A stretch of 64,000 bases of DNA from Vitrella brassicaformis CCMP3155. Taxonomy: Eukaryota; Protista; Chromerida. The DNA lies in NCBI GenBank assembly GCA_001179505.1, contig CDMY01000395.1, positions 248,001 to 312,000 on the forward strand. Reading direction: 5' to 3'. The notes beneath the pieces were generated by a model, which was not told the DNA's origin, searched no databases, and was given only the letters and a program-made list of their open reading frames with translations. A program made the position numbers and the translations under genes. Shown here piece after piece: positions 12,909-26,810 of the stretch (positions within the stretch are counted from its first letter, which is position 1; every line of letters starts with the position of its first letter).

Positions 12909-14766
12909 CTAAGGCGCCTGGCCGTCAAGCACGATAACCGCGATCAGCTCGAGGACGCTGCGCGCCATGGCGGCCGTCAGGGGGCACCGCTGTAGAAAGG
13001 GCGCATCATTGGCCACACCTGCTGCTGGCGCCTCGGTGGTACGAATGGTGACGCGCACTGTATGCAGACAAGAGCGGATGATCAGACGACACGACAGCAT
13101 GAGCACACGCTGTGCATACGTGTACGTACCATTCTGGTTGTCGCCTGGTGGGATGTCAAAGTTAATCCATGCGATGAATGGGTCGGCAGCCGTTGTCAGC
13201 ACATGCAGCTGCCCACAGGCCCCATTTGGCGCCTCCCATGTCATCACATCCGCGCATCCATTGGGCGGTGTGTATGGCGATCGAGTCATGATGCAGTCGA
13301 GATGGCCACCACGCACACGCCTGACAGACAGAGACGTTCATATTAGCACAAAGCGTACGTCCATCGACTCACCGGTCCACCAGCACTGCTGGCGAGTAGG
13401 TGAAGCCGCTCACAGCCTGCACCCGGTAACGCAGCACCACCTCCTTCAGCATGCAGCTCGCCGATGTGAAAACAGGCCCGTTGTTGACGCCAACCGTCGC
13501 CCAGCCCACACCATGGTGCCACCGAATGCGGCTGCGGACTGGCGGGTCATGCGGCTTGGCGTGGTGAGTGAAGGGGTGTTGCGAGAAGGGGTGGACGGGG
13601 CGGTTGGGGAGGAGGACGGGCGGGTTGATGGTGAGGGCGAAGCCGGGCTCGTTGCGGATGGCGCGAATCTCGTTGTTGTGGCGGAACAGCTCGAGTGTGC
13701 CGTCCTGCTGGCCGGTGGAGCGGCGGAAGGTCACACGGCGGCCGACGAGCATCCACTGCGCACAGAAACGGGGCAGCGCAAGGAAATCCTGCAGTCAACA
13801 CACACTCATCCAGCAGCTCGCCCACTGCCTCTTCTGTATGTTGTGCTTATCGCCTTGATGGCGTATGTCTGCAGGTCTCCAGCACCCACAGTGACCGGCA
13901 GCTGGCAATAGCGGCACTGCTTGGCGACTCTGGGTGTGTCGCCCACCTCCCCCCAGCCGCCCTCGCCCTCCTCCTCCACCATCCACATGGCCTTCATCAC
14001 ATCGCCGTGGCTCAGCTGATCGTCGAAGTGCACCACACCAGTCAGCCCCGCCCGCTCGATGGCCTTCGGCAGCCGAAGGCGGCGGACAATCGGCCGGAGG
14101 GCATTTCTGGTGGGTCGGGCTGTCGACTTGAGGTGGGCGATGGCAGTGAGGTCAGACAGTGCCAGGATGATGCTCATGGGGTTGGCAGGGATGTCATTCA
14201 GGTGCAGCCGTCGCGCCTGATGACACACAGACAGAAGGACATACACAGACAGCACATAAGAGGTGCACCCCACATCAGTGTGGGTCTTGTGTGTGTGCCT
14301 GCCCGTGGTCACTCCCCCACTCACATATGTGCGGCGATGTCTTGTGAGTGCGATGGTCGAGTTGATGGTCTCTGCCAACTCGGCCAGCAGGTCGGACACA
14401 GCAGCAAACTGACGACTCACCTTGGCCACCGTCTGACCAATAAATCAACACGACGAGAGCAAGCCAAGCAAAGAAGACTCCACAGACACACAGAGGGCCT
14501 TGTGGTGTGTGGTGTGGTTGGCAGCCTGCCGCACCAGTGGTGCCATCGAAGCAGCGGTGTCCATCTGCAGAAGTTGGTCGATGCAGCTGTTGACCTGCAC
14601 ACACACACACACACGCCCACCACACACACAAGCAAGCAGCCGATGAGCTTTGGATGCACTGCATGGAATGGACGAGTCGGTATGTGTGTTGGTCAGCTGA
14701 TACCTGAGCCTGCTTCAGCCGATAGCCTTCTACCCGGGGCAGCAGCTGCGCCTGTATCGCTGCCAT
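12909..14766 (-). CDS. Lineage-specific family A, copy 1 (coiled N-terminus, degenerate F-box-like motif, unknown C-terminal domain)
   Basis: Exons read MAAIQAQLLPRVEGYRLKQAQ | VNSCIDQLLQMD | MVAKVSRQFAAVSDLLAEL | ARRLHLNDIPANPMSIILAL...LRLPKAIERAG | ...VLDGQAP*. Clearly paralogous to 15161-17283, 52481-54364 and 63860+. Confidence 0.8.
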
Positions 14767-15160
14767 CGTCTGCAGAGATTCGCACGACAAAGCCACAGAC
14801 AAACATGCCATGGATCAGATCACGCGCTCTGCTCATGCTTTGCTTGGCCTGCAGGCTTCTCTTCCCTCACCTCAGTGGTGACGCCGTCCATCGTCCAAGC
14901 CACTGGCCCTCAAGGCATATGAATCAAACTGATCCTTGGATGCTTCAACAGGCTTTGCTCGCCTCCGTCATCACAGGAGTATCATCGAATCCCCTCCTCC
15001 ACCAACCACCAGGACCAACCACCCAAACCATCTCGACTTTCAAGCTCGCAGGGAAATCGCAGGCACAGGGAGGAGATCAGAGGGTTGAGGGTGACGAGTA
15101 AGGCGTGTTCAATCTGTGTGGAAGCGTCCAAGCAGCAGCGTGATTCATGCCATCTGGGCC

Positions 15161-17283
15161 ATGGACGTCAATCAGACTCGGGTGAGAGAAGAGGAGCCTG
15201 AAGCCAAGCAAAGCGTGAAGCAAAGCACGTGCATCATGGCATTCGTCGTGTCTGTTGTGCCTTTTGTGTTGTCCTGCATGTGTGTGGTGCAGCTGGTTGC
15301 TTTGCGTGTGCGTGAGCAGCTCTTGCCGCAGCGGGAGTTCACGCCTTTGATCACAGCATGCCTTCAGATGAACCAGACTCAGGTAGTTAACCGACTCTTC
15401 ACTCACACATTCGTTTATGCAGTCCATCCGGCCATCTTTTATCGGTCGGTTGCTTGCCTCTGGTGCTGCTTGTGGTGTGGTGGCATGTGTGTGTAGGCAA
15501 ACACACAGATCACACGGCTCTCACAGATGGACTCTACTGAGCTGCCAGCACAGGTGCGTGCAGGGTGTCAAGCAGGACACAGAACCACACAATGGCTTCT
15601 TTGTGTCATGCTTCGGTTGGTGTTGCTCTCGTGTGGTTCATTCATTCGTCAGATGGTGGCCAAGGTGAATCGTCAACTCGCTGCTGTGTCCGACCACCTG
15701 GCAGAGCTGGCGCACATAATAGAGACCGTCATGACACAGACAACACACGAGGGTGAGCCGACACACACATTCGTAAGGGAGAATGGCACACCAACACACA
15801 ACCACGCCCTTGTGTGTGTCTGTGTCGTTGTCAGGTGGTGGCTCTGGCGATTCTGCCGCACAAAGCAACGATGGCCACGTGCAGGTGTGTGACCACAGGC
15901 AGGCACAAGCAAGACACACACACCGAGCCGCCACGTGCATTGCGTGTGCATGGCATTGCTGTGTGGCATCAGGCCACACCGACGGACCTCTCGGACCTTC
16001 CCGCTGAGCCCATAAGCACCATCGTCGCAGCCTCTGACGTCAAAACCATCGGCCGATTCAAATCGACAGCCCGCCACTTCACCAACGCCGTGCGGCCCAT
16101 CGTCCGCAGCCTTCGGCTGCCGAAGGCCATCGAGCGGGCGGGGGTGGGCGGTGTGGTGCAGTTCGACGATCAGCTCGGCGATGCCGATGTGATGAAGGCC
16201 ATGTGGGTGGCGGAGGAGGGGGGCGAGGGCGGCTGGGGGGAGATGGCCGACACACTCAGAGTCGCCGAGCACTGCGGCAATTGCCAGCTGCCGATCATCG
16301 TGAATGCTGGAGACCTGCAGACACACGCCAGCAAGACGGTAAACACGACACACAGAAGAGGCAATGGGTAAGCTGCTGGATGTGGGTGTTGGCTGCAGGA
16401 TTTCCTGGCACTGCCCCGTGTGTTTGCGCAGTGGATGCTGGTCGGCCGCAATGTGGCATTCCGTCGCCCCACCGGCCAGCAAGACGGCACACTCGAGCTG
16501 CTCCGGCACAACAACGAGGTCCGGATCATCCGCAACGAGCCCAGCTTCCCCATCACCATCAACCCACCCCTCCCCCAGCCCACCGGCCCCGTCCATCCCT
16601 TCTCGCAGCACCCCTTCATCCACCACGCCAAGCCGCATGACCCGCCCGTCCGCCACCGCATTAGGTGGCAGCCTGGTGTGGGCTGGGCGACGGTTGACGT
16701 CGACGACGCGCCTGTTCACGCATCGGCGAGTTCTATGGTGAAGGGCCTGATGGTAGCTCACCGGGTGATGGGTGTGAGTGGATTCACCGACTCGCCGACA
16801 GTGGCGGTGGACCGGTGAGTGGATGGACGGCACGCAATGAGAGGGCAAATGGCTATGTGTTGCGCTATTGATGTGTGTTAGGGGTGTGCGGGGTGGCTAC
16901 CTCGACAGCATCAGAACCCGATCGCCGCACACGCCCCTCGGCGGATGCTCAGACGTGACGGCATGGGAGGCGGCCAGTGGGACCTGTGCGCAAGGGCATG
17001 TGCTGATGACGACCGCCGACCCTTTCATCGCATGCATGATCTGGCACAGCCACCCAAACGACTACCAGAACGGTACGCAAACACATTGATATCACATCCT
17101 CATGCTGTCGTCTTGTCTGATTTCTGCTCTTGTCTGCATGCAGTCCACGTCTACATCACTATCAGCGAGGCGCCAACAGCAGGTGTCCCTCACGATGCAC
17201 CCTTCGCGCGGCGATTTCCTCTGACGGCCTCCCGCATTCGTCGCGTGGCCAGCCCGATTGCGCCCTTGGTGCTCGACGGCTAG
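15161..17283 (+). CDS. Lineage-specific family A, copy 2 (more diverged; extra small exons)
   Basis: Same exon series: MVAKVNRQLAAVSDHLAEL | ATPTDLSDLPAEPISTIV...LRLPKAIERAG | WMLVGRNVAFRRPTGQQDGTLEL...| ...LVLDG*. Confidence 0.8.
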
Positions 17284-18030
17284 CAGCCGTAGACCATGAA
17301 GGTGAGAGCCCACCCACATGATGACATGGTGATGTGCGTGTATGTATTAATGAGTTTCTGTGTGCTGATGGATCTTGTGCTTCAGTCGTGCTGGCAAGCT
17401 GCATGTGTTGAAGGAAGGGCCGCAGGTGGCCTGCAGTCAGTCAGTGTGCGTTAGTTACGACTTCGTACAAGGCTGTGGTGTCGCATGACTGATCGATGGA
17501 GGAATGTCGTATGTATGTGGACCATCACAGATCCCATCCATCCGTGCGTCTGTTCGTATGTAAGCAACCCACCACCCAGCCAGCCACCCACCCAGCCAAA
17601 TACACCGAGCTGCATCATGTCATCCATCCAGTGCGGGCAAGTGCGTGTGTGCTGAATGAAGGCGTCTGTATATGTCCACCGATCCGGATACGCAACACGA
17701 CGAATGAATGCAGCCAGCCAGCCGCCCGCAGCACACGCTCAGCTGTCGAGTCTCACGCTCACTCAACTACTCATAAACCACGAAGAATCAGGCGTCTGTG
17801 TTCTGCACCCATTGTTTGTACCGACATATCTCGATTTGGCCACGTGTATCGACTCTATACATGTCGCTCACGCCCCTTCTCAACCCAGCCGACCTCCCGC
17901 CCCCAACAAGCACCACCACCACCACCCGACTGTTTCGGTCAATGAGAACACCGCCAACGCACATAAGTAGACAGACGGGGAGAGAACAGCGACACACCAC
18001 ACCCAGGCACAAAAAAAATAGCATAGTCAC

Positions 18031-18185
18031 CACCATACGGAGGGACCAAAAGAACTTGACAAAACAGTATCGTCACCACCATACGGAAGGACGAAAAGAA
18101 AAGGAGAAAGCAGCGTCCGCACCATACGGAGGAACGAAAAGAAAAGGAGAAAGCAGCGTCCGCACCATACGGAAGGACGAAAAGA
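18031..18185 (+). repeat. Minisatellite: four copies of a CACCATACGGA(G/A)G(G/A)AC(C/G)AAAAGA core
   Basis: The core starts at 18031, 18077, 18120 and 18163 (periods 46, 43, 43). The spacers of units 2 and 3 are identical. Confidence 0.9.
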
Positions 18186-18258
18186 GTACGGCAAAGGAGA
18201 AGAAAAGGCAAAGGAGAAGAATACGACTCAAAAGCAATAGAATACACTAATTAAGTAC

Positions 18259-19916
18259 CGTACATCCAGACCATAGACAAAAACAAGAAACAGCCATCCT
18301 CTCCCGTCTGTCTACATATGGGTGCGTGGGGCCTCCTCTCGTGTGGTGGCCGTGGGTGGTGGGTGGTGAGTGGGGTGCTCCTCGTCGCACACGCTGCCCT
18401 CGTCGGGGCCGGAGAGGGCACAGACGGGGCTGCACGGGCGACATGTCACTCGGGGGTGTTGGTGGGGGCCGGTGCAAGCCCAGGCATGCCCGCTGCATAG
18501 GCTGCTGGTGGTGCGGGTGGTGCGAATGCGGGTGCAGGCGCTGCCTGTGGTGCTGGCGGGGTCGGTGAAGGGAAGAGCATGGCCGGCGGCCCTTAGCCCC
18601 CTCGGCGGAGCGACGAAGCCCTCGGCAGCGGGGCGCTCGCCTCCGATGACTGTTGCTGGGGTGCGGGTGGTAGTTGGATGACGCTGGCCTTCCTGGGCAC
18701 CTCACGCGGCGACACCGGGGGGCAGCTCGACCGGCCTGACACACACGAGAGAGAAACAGCGGTAGAGAGACGGTTCATGGGATGGCGGTCTGGATGAGTG
18801 TGCGTGTCTGTGTCTGACTTACTCAAAGCCTTCGATTTCTTGCTGTGGGTCCAGTGTGGGATGGGTAGTTGTTGGGGAGCTCCTCTCGGGGGTGCTCCAC
18901 CTGCACCTGAGGATGGCAGGGCCGGCGCGGCAGCTCCNNNNNNNNNNNNNNNNNNNNNNNNNNNNNNNNNNNNNNNNNNNNNNNNNNNNNNNNNNNNNNN
19001 NNNNNNNNNNNNNNNNNNNNNNNNNNNNNNNNNNNNNNNNNNNNNNNNNNNNNNNNNNNNNNNNNNNNNNNNNNNNNNNNNNNNNNNNNNNNNNNNNNNN
19101 NNNNNNNNNNNNNNNNNNNNNNNNNNNNNNNNNNNNNNNNNNNNNNNNNNNNNNNNNNNNNNNNNNNNNNNNNNNNNNNNNNNNNNNNNNNNNNNNNNNN
19201 NNNNNNNNNNNNNNNNNNNNNNNNNNNNNNNNNNNNNCGTACATCCAGACCATAGACAAAAACAAGAAACAGCCATCCTCTCCCGTCTGTCTACATATGG
19301 GTGCGTGGGGCCTCCTCTCGTGTGGTGGCCGTGGGTGGTGGGTGGTGAGTGGGGTGCTCCTCGTCGCACACGCTGCCCTCGTCGGGGCCGGAGAGGGCAC
19401 AGACGGGGCTGCACGGGCGACATGTCACTCGGGGGTGTTGGTGGGGGCCGGTGCAAGCCCAGGCATGCCCGCTGCATAGGCTGCTGGTGGTGCGGGTGGT
19501 GCGAATGCGGGTGCAGGCGCTGCCTGTGGTGCTGGCGGGGTCGGTGAAGGGAAGAGCATGGCCGGCGGCCCTTAGCCCCCTCGGCGGAGCGACGAAGCCC
19601 TCGGCAGCGGGGCGCTCGCCTCCGATGACTGTTGCTGGGGTGCGGGTGGTAGTTGGATGACGCTGGCCTTCCTGGGCACCTCACGCGGCGACACCGGGGG
19701 GCAGCTCGACCGGCCTGACACACACGAGAGAGAAACAGCGGTAGAGAGACGGTTCATGGGATGGCGGTCTGGATGAGTGTGCGTGTCTGTGTCTGACTTA
19801 CTCAAAGCCTTCGATTTCTTGCTGTGGGTCCAGTGTGGGATGGGTAGTTGTTGGGGAGCTCCTCTCGGGGGTGCTCCACCTGCACCTGAGGATGGCAGGG
19901 CCGGCGCGGCAGCTCC
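18259..19916. repeat. Exact 679-bp direct duplication flanking a 300-N gap (probable unmerged contig overlap)
   Basis: 18259-18937 matches 19238-19916 (offset 979), with the gap at 18938-19237 between them. Confidence 0.9.
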
Positions 19917-22300
19917 CTCAGCCACCTCCTTGCCCTCCTGGATGATGATCTGTTCCTGCTGCTGCGCCGCCTTCTTCTGCTGCTTGTGTGCGAGTGGGGG
20001 GAGGAACTCCTGGTCTGCGGCCTGCACAGCGCGGTACTTGTCGCGGTGCTTGAGGAGGGAGTAGAGGGCGACCTTGAGGGAGGCGATGGTGTCGGAGCGG
20101 GGCCGTATCTTGTGCAGGATCTTGGGGCTGCGGTGGCCCCGCATCAACACGTCGGTACTGCAGGTCCTCGTGCCACACCACACCCAGCTGGTTCTCGCGA
20201 GAGGGATGGGGGGAGGAGGTGACGGTGACGTCGAACCGACGCCGGAGGGACCCATCGTCGTCCTCCTCGCGGAGGGCCACACGCCCCTTGGCCTCGCGCA
20301 GGATGACACGGGCGCACTTGCTCAGCAACGGCGGGTCCAACATGCGCACCGCCCCTCCTCTGATCGACACGAAAGACACGGGAGTGAGAAGCTTGTTTGT
20401 GTGCGGTGTTCGTTTCCCCATCGCTGTGTGGTGTGCGTACCGTCATGGCTCTCGTCGGCGCTTTCGTCGCCCTCGTTGGCGACGTCCTTCTTGCTACCCT
20501 GCCCCACACACACGCTGCATACACAGACACAGACCGGCACCCATCAGATCAGATCGTCATTGTCCCGTCTCGCCCTCCCTCCCTCCCTCCCTCCCACGTG
20601 TGCCTTACGTGTCCGTCTGATTGAATTCTCGTTATCGCTATCCCTGGTCTCGATGCGCATTCCCCCCTGCACCTCCTTGCTGCCCGCGCCGCTTTGGCCC
20701 TTCCACGCATCGCTCCGGCACGCCCCCAACGCCAGAGGCTCAGAGGGATGGTACTCGGCCGGCAGAGAGGCAGATGGGGGCTTGGCGGCCTCGAACCAAG
20801 ACGAAGACGCCGCCGCTGCGGCAGCGGACTGCTCACATGAGCCTGAGGAAGGAAATGACACAAGAAGGAAATGACACAAAAACGGGATGCCAATACATTC
20901 ACTTATCATGTGTGTCTCCTTGTTGCCTCTCTCACCGGCAGCAGCAGCAGCAGGAGCGTCTTTGTCCTCCTTGCGCGGCTTGTCCCCTCCCCGTTCCTTG
21001 GCGCTGCCAGCACTCCTGGCCTTCTTGGACGCAAGGCCGTCCGAACCGCTGCACGACGGGACCCCGCCCTCCCCACTTGGCTCGCCGTCCTCAGCCTTGG
21101 TCTGGGGGGTGCGGTGGGAGGCGACTGTGAGGGTGAGTGCTCGTGTGGTCGTTTGGCGGCCTTTTTCTTGCCCTAGGGGATGAAGCGCTGCGATGGGTCG
21201 TCGGCGTCGGAGTCGGGGCTCCATTCCATGGGGGAATGGGATGATGAGCCAGCTGCTGTCGTCGCCCTTGGAGAAGAACCAGTGGTCGGTCTTCTCACAG
21301 TACGACCACCTGCAGCACCCACACAACACACCATGAGACGAGAGCCAGCATTCATCCATGTGTGTGTCGGCTGTGCATATCCCATCCTGTGTCTGCTGCC
21401 CACCTAAGCTGCTCTCCCTCCTTGATGGTTTTGACGGGCGTGATGGCAACTACAGGTGTCTGGGCACCCACACACTCGCGCACTTGACCCTGGGCCCCCA
21501 CTCGGGTGCACTGGCGTCGATGGTGCCGTGGTTGATGGACACCGCTGGCAGCCAGACGTGAGCAGATGCTGTCGCCGAACAGCACCGGGTTGGCCCCCGC
21601 CCTCGCCCCGGCGGCTTGTCCCGCCTGTCCTGCTCCTCCTGGCCGAATGTGGGCTTGTGTGACGGCTTGCTGGAGCCGTCGCGGTGTTCAGACCCGTTCG
21701 ACACGAGGCTCAGGTGTCCCAGCCAGTCGAGGTTGGCGATCTCGGCGCTGCATGGGATGGACATGCTGAAGCACTTGTCCCGCTCGGCCTTGAGGTCGAC
21801 ATAGGGCAGCAGGAGGCATCCTGCTGCGGACCTCCTCGGTGTACTGGGCCGAGCTGCTGTTGGGGACTGACGGGCCAGTCCAGGAGGTCCCGCCGCGCGA
21901 CGATCTTCTTCTTCTCCTTGCTTGGACGGTGTGTGGGGGGTAGGGCCGGGTGCCCGGCTCCAGCTGCCAGATGTGGCCTTGCATGCGCTGGTAGTTCCAG
22001 TTGGAAGATGATCTGCTCGTCGGTCTCGAGACGCGCGGCGCGGTAGGACGTCCAGCAGGAAGGAGAGGGACAGGTAGGCCGGCGCAGTAAAATGGTCGAC
22101 TTGAAGAGGTCATGGTCCTCATCCAAACCTACGCAAGAGCCACACACCGAAGGGAAAGGTGCATGTGATGTGTAAGCTGAGGTCTCTCTCCCTGTGCGTG
22201 TGTGTGTGTGTGTGGTTGCTTTGCTTACCGACGGGTATCATTTCATCGTCGACCTCTACGTTGACCTGGTTCTCCCCTCCCGCCTCTTCCTCAGCTGGAC
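19238..22300 (-). CDS. Hypothetical multi-exon protein, mostly low complexity; boundaries uncertain
   Basis: Exon-like segments LPYVDLKAERDKCFSMSIPCSAEIANLDWLGHL, WSYCEKTDHWFFSKGDDSSWLIIP, MLDPPLLSKCARVILREAKGRV and DTIASLKVALYSLLKHRDKY lie between GT-AG introns. No family recognised. Confidence 0.45.
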
Positions 22301-25300
22301 ACACACGCGGCCCCGGATATGCTGGCACAAATGCCGCCCTCCCACCCATCCCACCCTCAGATACACACAACCCCGCCCCACAACGCAGTCCACGAAGCAG
22401 GCATGGCACTATCACGACACAAATGGAGGAAATCATGGCCGTAAATCACACTAAACGCACCCATTCTCGCAGCCATCCAGCACCGTAGTGGGACAAGTAC
22501 ATGTAATCAAATGCATGTAGCAAGACCAGGAAACGCAACGAGGTGTGTGCGCTGACGCCACCCTGCTGAGGAGAGAAAGGACGCTAGAAGGAAGACGCTC
22601 ACAAAAAATACGTCGTGTGTCGGTCTGTCTGTCTGTGTGGGAGGCCTGGGGGGAAAAGAGCGATTTGCCTCCAATTCCCGCCTGCCCGCCTCCGTCCCTG
22701 GCCCGGTCGGCCTACAGCACATCCATGCATCCATCCATCCATCCACCCGACCAAACATCGACAACACTGCAGGCAGCCGGCAAGCCTGCAACTAGCTCAA
22801 CCATTGAAGCACCTCTGACCCACCCTGTCTGTCGGTGTTTGTACGTCCGTGCCATTTATGCTCTCACGAAGAGGCCGGCACGGACGTACGCGTGAATGTG
22901 AAGTGCGTGTGCGTGTGCGTATGTGTGTGTGTGGATTGGGGGTCGTCGGTGCAGTGCATCTATCTCCCTCCTCCTCTCTCAAGAAACCCAGCTACGCATC
23001 CATATCCATTCACACCAACATGCACCCACCCCCCCCGCCGCCCCTCACTGGCGGCCAAGGAAGAAGTCCCCCCATCCCTCCCACCACTCCCCCCACGACC
23101 GTTGCTGCTGCTGCCGGCGCCTCATCGCCGCCTCCCGGGCCTCCCATGGCGGGAGGACCCATTTCGGGGGTCCTGGGTGCGGCAGTAGCAGTGGAGGTGG
23201 CGGTGCGTGGTGCCCGGCAATCATGGCTTGGAGCATGTGAGGTGGTAGTGGTGGTGGTGTGGGGTGGTGGGGGAACGGCATCGTCATGGGCGGGACATGT
23301 GCGGGATGGTGGAAGATATACACAGGCGGCGCAGCAGAGGCCACAGGCGCCGCTGCGGGGGCAGCGTATGCTGCAGGTGCCTGGGACGCACCACGAGAAA
23401 CCACACACAGGTCAAGAACTCGTTGTATGTATCGTTCTCTTTCATGTTCTCACCTGCGGTGTGTGACGTGGGTGTCGCTGGCCGTCTCCTCCGCCTGCCC
23501 TCCCATCGCCCTCTCCGTGCACCACGGACCCACTGCCTGGCTGGGACTCTGGATAGTGGATGCGTGGGTGGTGTATTGAGTCATCCTTCTTCTCGACCTC
23601 GGCCGTCCGCCCGCTGTCCACCGCCTGGGCGGGCCTCCCGCTGTCCACCGCCGGGGCGGGCAGCTGGAAAGCGAAGGCTGTCGGCAGGGCAGGGACGGCG
23701 GGGGGCTCTCCTGTGGGTGAGATGGTGCGATGGATGGACTCGCTGCCATGGAGGTGACGGGAGGTGGGCGTCGGGGCGGCACTCTGGAGGGGCGATGGCG
23801 TCTTGACTGGTAGCACCCCCATGTCGTGTCTGAAGAAGCAAAATAGAAACAGACGTCACAGTGTATGTCCACTCACACACAGGGGTGCATCAATTACCTG
23901 TCCGGCAGTGCTCGGATGGCCTCCCATGCCTCCTCGGTCATCATGATCTGCCGCCCCGCCAAGAGCCTGACCAGCCGCCCCACCGTCATCGCATCGTCCC
24001 ACCTCCAGAACGCCGCCCTCATACGCTCCACCGCCCTCTGCCGCGCAAATGCGGCGACACGGGCCGCAAACCGCCATGACCGGAGGAGGCTCCGCAGGCG
24101 GACGACGCCCAGGCCGGCCGCAGCAGCCTCTGGCTCGGCTTCGCCCTCCTCACCCACGTCAGACAGAGACGGCCCGCCAGCCATATGGTGGCTGGTCGGC
24201 GACACATCGTCGTCGCTGATGGGCTCATACGAGTAATGTGTCTGCAGCTCGATGTGAGGCGTCGGGTTGGCATGGGGGAGGGCTGCGGGTGACGGGGAGT
24301 CGGCATCCCGACTGCGGGGCAAGTATGAGTGCGGTGTCTGCAGCTGGTGGTACTTGCGCTCGTCCGCACAATGGCCCTCCTCAGCAACCTTCACACAACA
24401 CACATAACACATCCACACATGTACCCACTCGCCTACCCACTCTCCCACATACGTACCTCATTCTCGTGGTCGATACGATAATGGGGTTCCTCTCCCTCCC
24501 CCTCACGTCTGCTGGCGCCGCCCCCATCGTGCTGGTCCTGCTGCGCATCTGCAGGGGCAGCATCGAAGTCGTCGGCCTCCATGGGAGGCTCCTCCTCCTC
24601 TGCCTCTCCTCCCGCAGCTGGGAGCGCACAGGCCTCCGCCTGCCGATGGTGGCGCCACAACTCCCTGGCGGCCTCCATGAGGTCGTGACGGGCCTGCCGG
24701 ACGTGGTGCGACTCCCCATCGGCCGTGATGACCTGGACGAGAGAGTCGCAGCCGTCGATGAGGTGCAGCTCCGGCTCTTGAGCAGCGTCAGCGACGGGAA
24801 GCCACTGACACCACTCGGCCATCGCCAACACCTCCTCTTCGAAGTACCCGCCCAGCAGTCCCGTCTCGATGACGATGGACGCGTCAAAGACGCCCTGCCC
24901 GCCGCCCTGCAGAACGTCGTGGATGTCACCCCCACCCACGACCCTCCTCGCCCGCCAGATGCCGACGAGGGGGTGGTTGACATCCACGCGCCCCTCGAGC
25001 AGGTAGCTGATGACTCGGTCGGCGCTGACGCGGAACTTGCCAATCATGCGGCGCTCAGCGTACATGACCTGAATGACGTCCGTTACACCCACACATATCC
25101 CAGCTGTGTGTGTGCAGGGGGGGATGAATGGTGCGTACCGGCTCCTTCGTCCTCTCGTTCTCTGCGTCCTGCATATCCTCCTGGGCGTTTGACAGCGCCT
25201 TGAACTTAAGGCTAAGGCCTCTGATGAGATATCACGATATCACACAGGCGCACCAGCAGTAGTCGCAAAGTCCGCATGGCATTGCGTGCGGTGCCTTGCC

Positions 25301-26571
25301 CAGCTTACGTATCGCCGCCGGTTTATCTTGGTGCAGAACCAACGCACACGGTGGTGCTGTTCTTTCCTCGCCCTCCCACTCCTTTTCGCCGATCTTCGGC
25401 TCTAACCCATTTCCGCTGTGTGTAACGTTTGCCGATCTGTGATTTTGCCCACGGGCGGGTCCGAGCTATTGAAAGAAAAGAGGAAGACATTCGCTATCAT
25501 GAAAGTAAGAACAATCTCCTTAATGATCCGGAGACACGACGGGACTCCTTAAAGTATGACACTAAGGAGTTGCTTCTCTCGAATCCACAACCACAAAAAT
25601 CGACGCGAGAAGGAAATCGAAGCGGCAGTGGAGAGTGACAGAGGGCGTAATGACATACACAAGAGCTCATAGACGTCATTCTTTATGCGCCCCAGCGTTT
25701 CAAACACCCGCTCCTCCTCCCCATCCTCCATGTGTGGTGGTCGGGGTGGTTCTCTCGGCCGCCAAGCTGTCGCAGGTGCGTCCTGTGCCGCCTCCTCACT
25801 AGCTCACTCTGCTTGAAGGAGGGAAATGGTGCCGAATGCTGGCTGCCTCTCTGTGACGATCAGGTGCTTCGCTCACTCGTCGGTCTGGTCTTGCGGCCTC
25901 GGTAACGTGACCTTCTTCCCTTAACCTCAGTTTCCTTCACACTCCGCGTAGAGACACGCAAATGGAATCCATTTGGATGCCACGGGGAAGTTGAAGGAAG
26001 GGCCCGCGAGATATAAAATGTAGTCAGCGATGATCGACCTGAACACACCCACACAGAGAACAGCAACACACACACGTGCATATGTGTGGTGCCTTGTCTC
26101 GCCTACGTATCGCCGCCAGGCTTGTCCGGATGGACCACCAACGCTGCACAGAGAGAGAAGAGGAGGCAACGTAACGTACTGTATTCTGCACTGGGAACAT
26201 GGACAGCATCCACCTCTCCACCTCTCTACACGCGATAAGCGACCTGAATACATAGACAGAGCGGCAGCAGCTCGTGGGGAAACTGCCGTCTGCTGCGGTC
26301 AGTTTCGCCATGGTGTCTAACCGTTCGATGTGCGCCTGCTGTCGGCAACCGGCAGCCACTCCCGCATGTCCCTCATGACCTTGATCTCCTCATGCAGGTA
26401 GCTGTCGAGGGGGCCCGTCTCGATCACAACGAGCGGCCCTTTGGCGTCCAGGACGCCCCATCCTTCCCCGTGGAGTACGTGGTCGATGTTGGCTAGTCGC
26501 AGTTCCTCCCGCCGTAACTGATGCCGTAAGTGCACAGCGTATATATATGTGCGATGTCTTGCCCAGCTCAC

Positions 26572-26810
26572 GTGTCACCTCCTGGCTTGTCAGAGTGCAT
26601 CATGAGTGCTGCACACACAGAGAGAACCAAGGGAAGGCAACGCAAGTAGAGTTCTGCACTGGCCATACGGCTCAGCTGGCATCTCTCTGCACGTGCATGG
26701 CCTCGCCTTTCCCCCTTCCATCCCTTACCCTTTCCTCAGTATGCCTTTTGTATGGTGCTCAGATCGGCATCTCTCTCCACGCCGAGGACATCGAAAAAGC
26801 GCTGTTCGTC
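26572..26810 (-). pseudogene. Degenerate J-domain (HSD variant, premature stop)
   Basis: RFFDVLGVERDADLSTIQKAY*GK | ALMMHSDKPGGDT, with TGA at 26736-26738. Confidence 0.8.

Noticed and set aside
18031-18185. CRISPR-like repeat-spacer appearance
   Set aside because: Eukaryotic context, two identical spacers, only four units and no cas genes; it is a minisatellite.
18259-19916. 679-bp exact tandem duplication
   Set aside because: The copies appear identical and directly flank a placeholder gap, the signature of an unmerged contig overlap rather than biology.
24600-24950. Faint RNase H-like pattern (FDAS...EEEVLAM...IDGCDSLV) suggesting a retroelement
   Set aside because: Spacing between the putative catalytic D and E is far too short, and there is no reverse transcriptase or endonuclease nearby.
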